From an uncultured Pseudomonadales bacterium (lineage in GTDB: Bacteria; Patescibacteriota; Microgenomatia; UBA1400; Chazhemtobacteraceae), in contig CAZUBK010000004.1 of assembly GCA_964618725.1 (NCBI GenBank), positions 79,485-143,484 on the forward strand: a DNA stretch of 64,000 nucleotides. Reading direction: 5' to 3'. A program made the translations under genes and the position numbers. The notes under the pieces are model-generated. The model did not search any database. It was not told the DNA's origin and saw nothing but the letters and a program-made list of their open reading frames with translations. Below, piece by piece: positions 59,060-64,000 of the stretch (positions are counted from its first letter, which is position 1; each line of letters begins with the position of its first letter).

Positions 59060-60298
59060 CTACTTCAAGAAACTCAATGGATTAAGCCCCACTCCCGTCT
59101 GCCGGATCTCGAAGTGTAGATGCGTCCCAGTTGACCGACCGGTCGATCCCATCGCCCCCAAGACATCCCCTCTCTTTACCGATTGACCTGCCACCACATT
59201 AAACTTACTCAAATGAGCATACAGCGTCCTAAATCCATTCCCATGATCGATCACTACTCTGTTTCCATATCCAAAATTATCCGGCCAACCTGCCACCACT
59301 ACTCGTCCCGAATCAGCCGCCAAAATCGACCCTCCCGCCTTGTTTGCGATATCAATCGCCGTATGCCACGGTCTCCAGGGCTGAGTAATCCGTCCCGCCG
59401 CTGGCCAAATCCACGTTCCTGTCGCCGAGACCGCTCCTGCATCTGGTGTCAGGACTCTCGCAATACTGCTCGCTGGTGACCACGTCACCTCTGTCTTTAC
59501 TCCGTCAGGAACATAAAGAGTTTGCCCTATCGCCAAAGCAAAGGTCTCATCATTGGTAAAGATATTGAACGGAAAATCCACCATTGACTGCGCATCAGTG
59601 TCATATTTCTTAGCAATCGAATATATCGTCTCCCCACTTTTAACCATATGCACCACTCCCGTTATCGGAGGGATCTTCAACGTCTGGCCCGGCTTAATAC
59701 TGTTAACCGACACCACTTTATCTTCATTTTCCCATCTGATCGTATCCGTACTCACTCCGAACTTTTCTGCAATAGAACTCAAGGTGTCTCCCGTTTGAAC
59801 TTCATAATCTACCACCTCTGACCTTGGCTTATTACTTTCCTCTGTTTGCGTATTGATTCCAATATTTGTTCCAAGGATTACTCCTCCCACGCCACGACTC
59901 TCTTCATCATTTCCCAGAGGCAACGAGGCCACTTCTGTCGCACTTTCCCCAAATACTCTCTGTGTCCATTGCTTTTGCGTTGCATCACTCCCCGACAAAA
60001 TCGCCGGTCCCAGTGTCAACCCAAAAAAAACCAACATCACCATCCCGACATGAACAAATATTCCTGCATATTTCCCCCGTTGTCGATACATCCCTCCCAC
60101 CAAGACTCCCTTACCTGCTTCAAAACTACCAAAGTATCCACTTATTCTTTGTTTAAGATAGTTACTAAATACAACCAAAAACGTTCCGAATTCCTCAATC
60201 CACTCAATCCATAGCTTCTGCCACCAACCTTTTGTATTTTGGCGCTCGAGTCGCTTCCATCTAGTCTCTAACATGACAACTAAGTATTGTAACATCAA
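59060..60298 (-). CDS. LysM-domain M23 family peptidase
   Basis: Two LysM segments (TGDTLSSIAEKFGVSTDTI and SGETIYSIAKKYDTD) and a C-terminal M23 domain ...VVIDHGNGFRTLYAHLS...GSTGRSTGTHLHFEI. Confidence 0.8.
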   Translation of the reverse strand: MMLQYLVVMLETRWKRLERQNTKGWWQKLWIEWIEEFGTFLVVFSNYLKQRISGYFGSFEAGKGVLVGGMYRQRGKYAGIFVHVGMVMLVFFGLTLGPAILSGSDATQKQWTQRVFGESATEVASLPLGNDEESRGVGGVILGTNIGINTQTEESNKPRSEVVDYEVQTGDTLSSIAEKFGVSTDTIRWENEDKVVSVNSIKPGQTLKIPPITGVVHMVKSGETIYSIAKKYDTDAQSMVDFPFNIFTNDETFALAIGQTLYVPDGVKTEVTWSPASSIARVLTPDAGAVSATGTWIWPAAGRITQPWRPWHTAIDIANKAGGSILAADSGRVVVAGWPDNFGYGNRVVIDHGNGFRTLYAHLSKFNVVAGQSVKRGDVLGAMGSTGRSTGTHLHFEIRQTGVGLNPLSFLK

Positions 60299-60530
60299 TA
60301 ATTTGACATTTTTGAAAGTTTAATATAGGATTAAGAACATGACTACTAAAATTAGCAACCCTCTCTGCCCCTTCAACCGATTAAAACTCGGTGCCTTAAC
60401 AGTTCATCTTTTTGTCGCGGCTTTTGACCGGGAAACCTAAAAACATTCTTTTCCTCTTGATCAAACGCTGCGGCACAATCCGCAGCGTTTTCGGTATTAG
60501 CTCTTTAACAAATTATTCATAGGAGGAAAT

Positions 60531-62378
60531 GTGACTTTCTCAAACCATCCCCGGGGATCAATTGTCGTCAAAACCGCCATTCATTTCCGTCGTCTTCATC
60601 GTCAAATCACTCGCTTAAACAAAACCATAATTAGTCTCTACCATCTTACTAAACCTTTTCACCCCACCATTCTTGGTTTCTTCGCCATTCTTGGCCTTTA
60701 CGAGGGTCTTCAAGCCGCTGACTCGCTTTTCCCTAGTCTGATCGTCAGCTTTGCCTTAAGGCAAGCTACTCTTGCTCACTGGATTGGCTTGTTTGTTGCC
60801 ATTCTCGTCATGAGTGCTGTCCACATTTGGCTTGATAACAAGCTCGACTGGGTCATCATCATGAACCTGAGCAACCCCGTCTATATCCACCTCAAGGAAA
60901 TTGCCTTCAGTAAACTTCTTAATCTTCATATGGCTTGGCACCAAGCGACCAACTCCGGCGCCGAAGTCGGCAAAGTCCAGCGTGGCGTCGACAAGACGCA
61001 AGAGATCTTTAGCTTATGTCTTTGGGAATTCGTTCCCACTCTCGTTCAGAGTCTCATCGATGCCGTTATCTTGCTTGTCAGAAGCCCTTTTGTTTTGATT
61101 AATATGATTCTTTCTTTAGTCATCTTCATGTATCTTTCTCTGAGCAACTTCGTCAAACGCACTTGGCCTCGTCGCAAACGGCACGACGATTACGAAGACG
61201 AGTGGATCCTCTTTAATCAATCGACCGAATCCGCCGCCGTTGAAACCATCAAAAGCTATGGTCAAGTCGACCACTACGTCGATCGCCTCCGGACTATTCT
61301 CTATGACATCAAGCACCAGGCCGGTATTGAAAGCCAAATCGGCATCTACGGTTACAATCGTCCCCGTATCGCCATCATCAAGGCCTCCCGTACCCTCAAT
61401 TGGGTCATCTGGGCCCTCCAAATGCAAAGCGGTACCCTCACCATCCCTGAGTTTATCTTTCTTCAAACCCGTGCCGAAAAGATCTTTCATTCATACTGGC
61501 GCTTTGCCCGTCTCTTTGAACAGTTCCAGGAAGCCGTCGAAAGCGTCGATCGCCTTATGCGCGTCCTCGCTACGACACCCCAGATTGATAGTAGTCTCGG
61601 TGAACAGTTCCAAGATGTTACCCCAACCATCTCAATTGAGGATCTCCAGTTCACCTATCCCTCCAGCAACAGCAAAAATAACGGTGGCCTCCATGGCATT
61701 AATCTAAATATTGCTGCCGGCGAAGTTGTCGGCGTTGTCGGCACCTCCGGAGCGGGTAAAACCACTCTCCGCCGCCTCATTACCGGCCTCTGGCTGGCCA
61801 ATGCAGGGCAAATCCTCATCGGCGGACACACGATCAATGAATGGAATCCAAACGCCCTCTTGTCTCAATTTGCCTATGTACCTCAAGGCCACGACGTTGT
61901 CCTCTGGGATTTTCTCACTATGGGTGAAAATATCAGCCTCTCTCGCCCCACTGCTACTCAAGAAGAGATCGAAACCGCTGCCCACCTCGCTGGCATCCAC
62001 GACTATATCGTGAGCCTCAAAGGAGGTTACTCTTCTAAGGTTGGTGAACGTGGCGTCCATCTTTCTGGCGGTCAAAAACAGCGCCTTGCCCTAGCTCGTG
62101 CCATTCTGGCTGATCGCCCCTTCTTCATTCTTGATGAAGCTACCAGCAGCGTCGACAAAATCACCGAACATGAAATCCAGAAAAACCTCAAAAGTGGCCT
62201 TCTGGCCGGAAAAACCGTCATCGTCATCGCCCACAACCTAAGCACGGTTTGGGACATTGCTGACCGTATTATCGTCATGCAGCATGGCCGCATTATCGAG
62301 CAAGGCAGTCACGAAGAGCTCCTAACTCAAAAAGGCGTCTATGCCCAAATGGCTGCCCTACAAGGTGGCTCACACTAA
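60531..62378 (+). CDS. ABC transporter permease/ATP-binding protein (type I exporter, MsbA-like)
   Basis: GTG start after AGGAGG. Six TM helices, then GTSGAGKTTL, LSGGQKQRLALARA, and ILDEATSSVD. Confidence 0.88.
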   Translation: MTFSNHPRGSIVVKTAIHFRRLHRQITRLNKTIISLYHLTKPFHPTILGFFAILGLYEGLQAADSLFPSLIVSFALRQATLAHWIGLFVAILVMSAVHIWLDNKLDWVIIMNLSNPVYIHLKEIAFSKLLNLHMAWHQATNSGAEVGKVQRGVDKTQEIFSLCLWEFVPTLVQSLIDAVILLVRSPFVLINMILSLVIFMYLSLSNFVKRTWPRRKRHDDYEDEWILFNQSTESAAVETIKSYGQVDHYVDRLRTILYDIKHQAGIESQIGIYGYNRPRIAIIKASRTLNWVIWALQMQSGTLTIPEFIFLQTRAEKIFHSYWRFARLFEQFQEAVESVDRLMRVLATTPQIDSSLGEQFQDVTPTISIEDLQFTYPSSNSKNNGGLHGINLNIAAGEVVGVVGTSGAGKTTLRRLITGLWLANAGQILIGGHTINEWNPNALLSQFAYVPQGHDVVLWDFLTMGENISLSRPTATQEEIETAAHLAGIHDYIVSLKGGYSSKVGERGVHLSGGQKQRLALARAILADRPFFILDEATSSVDKITEHEIQKNLKSGLLAGKTVIVIAHNLSTVWDIADRIIVMQHGRIIEQGSHEELLTQKGVYAQMAALQGGSH

Positions 62379-62384
62379 CGAAAA

Positions 62385-62415
62385 CCCCTCTCAATTGAGA
62401 GGGGTTCTTTTTTTT
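62385..62415. terminator. bidirectional intrinsic terminator (CCCCTCTC-AATT-GAGAGGGG plus T9)
   Basis: Perfect hairpin between the ABC gene (+) and the 62425..62718 gene (-). Confidence 0.75.
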
Positions 62416-62424
62416 GCCCAATGG

Positions 62425-62718
62425 CTAGCGGCGGCGGCCGCCACCCCCATGGGGGGCAGCCTTCTTCTGGCGCGCCTTTTCCTCCGCCTTGACGACGGAG
62501 GGTGACTTGTAAACCGCCACCAACATCAGCGTCCGGCCAGAGCCGGGATGACGCCCGTACAGGCCGTAGCCCTGAGGCCCGTTTTGAAGGGTGGCGACCA
62601 CCGTCACGAACCGTGTCTGGAGCTTCGCTCCAGTCTCGGTTGTGACAACCTCGCGGACCTTGAAGGTCACGGTCGGCCGACGCTCGATGTCCCAGCCTGC
62701 CACTTTGAAAGTTGCCAT
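62425..62718 (-). CDS. hypothetical protein (97 aa) in a GC-rich islet
   Basis: AAGGAGG SD 5 nt before the ATG. A consensus promoter (TTGACA-17-TATATT) lies upstream on the minus strand at + coordinates 62768..62796. Confidence 0.55.
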   Translation of the reverse strand: MATFKVAGWDIERRPTVTFKVREVVTTETGAKLQTRFVTVVATLQNGPQGYGLYGRHPGSGRTLMLVAVYKSPSVVKAEEKARQKKAAPHGGGGRRR

Positions 62719-62767
62719 CGTTTCCTCCTTGAAAATGCTGTCACAGCTGAGGGAATCGATAACCCGT

Positions 62768-62796
62768 AATATACTACAAAATCACCTATTTGTCAA
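62768..62796 (-). promoter_or_regulatory. consensus sigma70 promoter for 62425..62718
   Basis: Reverse complement reads TTGACA-aataggtgattttgtag-TATATT. Confidence 0.55.
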
Positions 62797-62861
62797 GTCA
62801 TGGGCCGTTGGCCCGAAGATCCCGAGCGTAGCGAGGGACCACAATTTACAAGAATATTCCA

Positions 62862-62890
62862 TTGACTTTCAGACCCCAATATGGTACTAT
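62862..62890 (+). promoter_or_regulatory. sigma70 promoter (TTGACT - 17 nt - TACTAT) for a small peptide gene
   Basis: It is divergent from the minus-strand promoter about 70 bp away. Confidence 0.5.
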
Positions 62891-62920
62891 AAGTTTATCA
62901 AAATCTACGGAGGGCAAAAA

Positions 62921-63010
62921 ATGACTTGGCTTCTGGGCAAGATCATCGCGGTGGCCTTGTTCACCGCCGCAACTATGATGGTGGGCCTCACCATCGCCCG
63001 CCTGTTTTAG
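62921..63010 (+). CDS. 29-aa hydrophobic peptide (MTWLLGKIIAVALFTAATMMVGLTIARLF)
   Basis: GGAGGG SD 6 nt upstream, its own promoter and its own terminator. The overlapping longer ORF 62591..63010 is less plausible. Confidence 0.4.
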   Translation: MTWLLGKIIAVALFTAATMMVGLTIARLF

Positions 63011-63025
63011 ATCTCGATTCCAAAC

Positions 63026-63046
63026 CCCCGCCTTGTGCGGGGTTTT
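63026..63046 (+). terminator. intrinsic terminator (CCCCGC-CTTGT-GCGGGG plus TTTT)
   Basis: It lies directly after the small peptide ORF. Confidence 0.6.
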
Positions 63047-63073
63047 CCTTACAAGGTTCGTAACCTTGCTTTT

Positions 63074-64000
63074 TCATCCCTTCAGACTGGCCAAGAATTC
63101 TTTATTTGTCTTCGTCTTCTTCAATCGTTCCAGCAAGACATCAGTTCGCTCTCCGTCATTAAGCATGTCAAGCATCCTCCGCATCAGGATAATATTTTGG
63201 TATTCCGCTGAGCCAAAGAGCAAATCCTCTCGTCTGGTACTGGAGGCCTGGACATCCACCGAGGGGAAGATCCTCCGGTTAGCCAGCTTACGGTCAAGCA
63301 CCAACTCCATGTTGCCCGTTCCCTTGAACTCTTCGTAAACCAGATCGTCCATTCGGGAACCGGTATCGACCAAGGCCGTACCAATAATGGTTAACGATCC
63401 ACCGTTTTCCATCTTTCTCGCCGCCCCGAAAAATCTCTTAGGAGGGAACAAGGCAGCCGGATCAAATCCTCCGGACAATGTCCTTCCCGAAGTCGGCATC
63501 GCCAGGTTGTAAGCACGAGCCAAGCGCGTAATCGAGTCAAGGAGTATAACTACATCTGCGCCTTGTTCAACCATTCTTCGCGCTCGCTCTAAAGCGATTT
63601 CTGCTACTCGAGTCTGGTCTTCCGGTCTCTCGTCAAAGTTACTCGCAAAGGTCTCCCCCGGCATCTTACTTTTCTTAGTGATTGCTTCAATGTGTCTGGC
63701 AATATCCGTCACCTCCTCGGGACGTTCCCCGATTAAAACTGCCATTAAATGAATCTCTGGATAATTTGCCGCCATTCCCGTCGACATCTCTTTGATTACC
63801 GTTGTTTTACCGGCCTTCGGTTGGGCCACAATCATGCCCCGCTGCCCCTTACCAATCGGCGCCACCAAATCGATCAAACGGGTTGACAGCGGTTCCGGGC
63901 CTGTCTCTAGCGTTAGCTTCTCAAACGGATAAATGGGCGTCAGTTGATCAAACTTAGGTCGCTTGTTTAAGCCTATCATCTCTTTATCACCATTAACCGC
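63074..64000 (-). CDS. rho: transcription termination factor Rho, N-terminus beyond the window edge
   Basis: ...VAPIGKGQRGMIVAQPKAGKTTV..., the RecA-like ATPase, and a C-terminal ...RKLANRRIFPSVDVQASSTRREDLL. The Walker A sits only about 55 aa from the ORF start, so the N-terminal RNA-binding domain must lie upstream. Confidence 0.85.
   Translation of the reverse strand, partial: AVNGDKEMIGLNKRPKFDQLTPIYPFEKLTLETGPEPLSTRLIDLVAPIGKGQRGMIVAQPKAGKTTVIKEMSTGMAANYPEIHLMAVLIGERPEEVTDIARHIEAITKKSKMPGETFASNFDERPEDQTRVAEIALERARRMVEQGADVVILLDSITRLARAYNLAMPTSGRTLSGGFDPAALFPPKRFFGAARKMENGGSLTIIGTALVDTGSRMDDLVYEEFKGTGNMELVLDRKLANRRIFPSVDVQASSTRREDLLFGSAEYQNIILMRRMLDMLNDGERTDVLLERLKKTKTNKEFLASLKG

Noticed and set aside
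62591-63010. 139-aa + strand ORF overlapping the 97-aa minus-strand gene
   Set aside because: It lacks an SD at its own start. Its C-terminal 29 codons form a separately signalled small ORF (promoter, SD, terminator). The minus-strand gene has a consensus promoter and SD.

Overview
64 kb of AT-leaning bacterial DNA (roughly mid-40s % GC) with compact, gene-dense organisation, giant surface proteins, several toxin-antitoxin pairs and a DNA-uptake gene set (comEA-comEC-dprA-comM). This resembles a small-genome, possibly CPR/Patescibacteria-like, bacterium, but that placement is inference only. All calls are by eye from the sequence; no database searches were run.

Recognisable core genes: ribosomal proteins L1 (5'-truncated), L10 and L7/L12; an RpoD-like sigma factor; MreB; Ndk; LeuS; Obg; a partial Rho; an ABC exporter; M16, M20, M23/LysM and M50 peptidases; a WecB/TagA glycosyltransferase; a polysaccharide deacetylase; and an O-antigen-ligase/TPR protein.

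Four tRNAs are present: Pro(CGG), Arg(CCU), and an inverted pair of Ala genes (GGC, and a degenerate CGC-like copy).

The accessory-looking content is the most interesting part:
- A 2460-aa giant protein with an N-terminal excisionase-type HTH, one TM helix and a huge repetitive beta-helix ectodomain.
- A four-helix-bundle protein and a 1518-aa DUF2341 + multi-LamG protein directly downstream of it.
- Two ~145-bp dispersed repeats with imperfect terminal inverted repeats.
- A three-copy ~90-nt structured repeat family whose closing stems covary.
- A ~200-nt candidate small RNA with a consensus sigma70 promoter and an intrinsic terminator.
- Two GC-rich islets encoding small membrane proteins or peptides with consensus promoters and terminators.
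- comEC split into two ORFs by an inserted opposite-strand gene.
- A frameshifted dprA.
- Two ~1.2-kb ORF-free stretches with coding-like strand skew, possibly gene relics.
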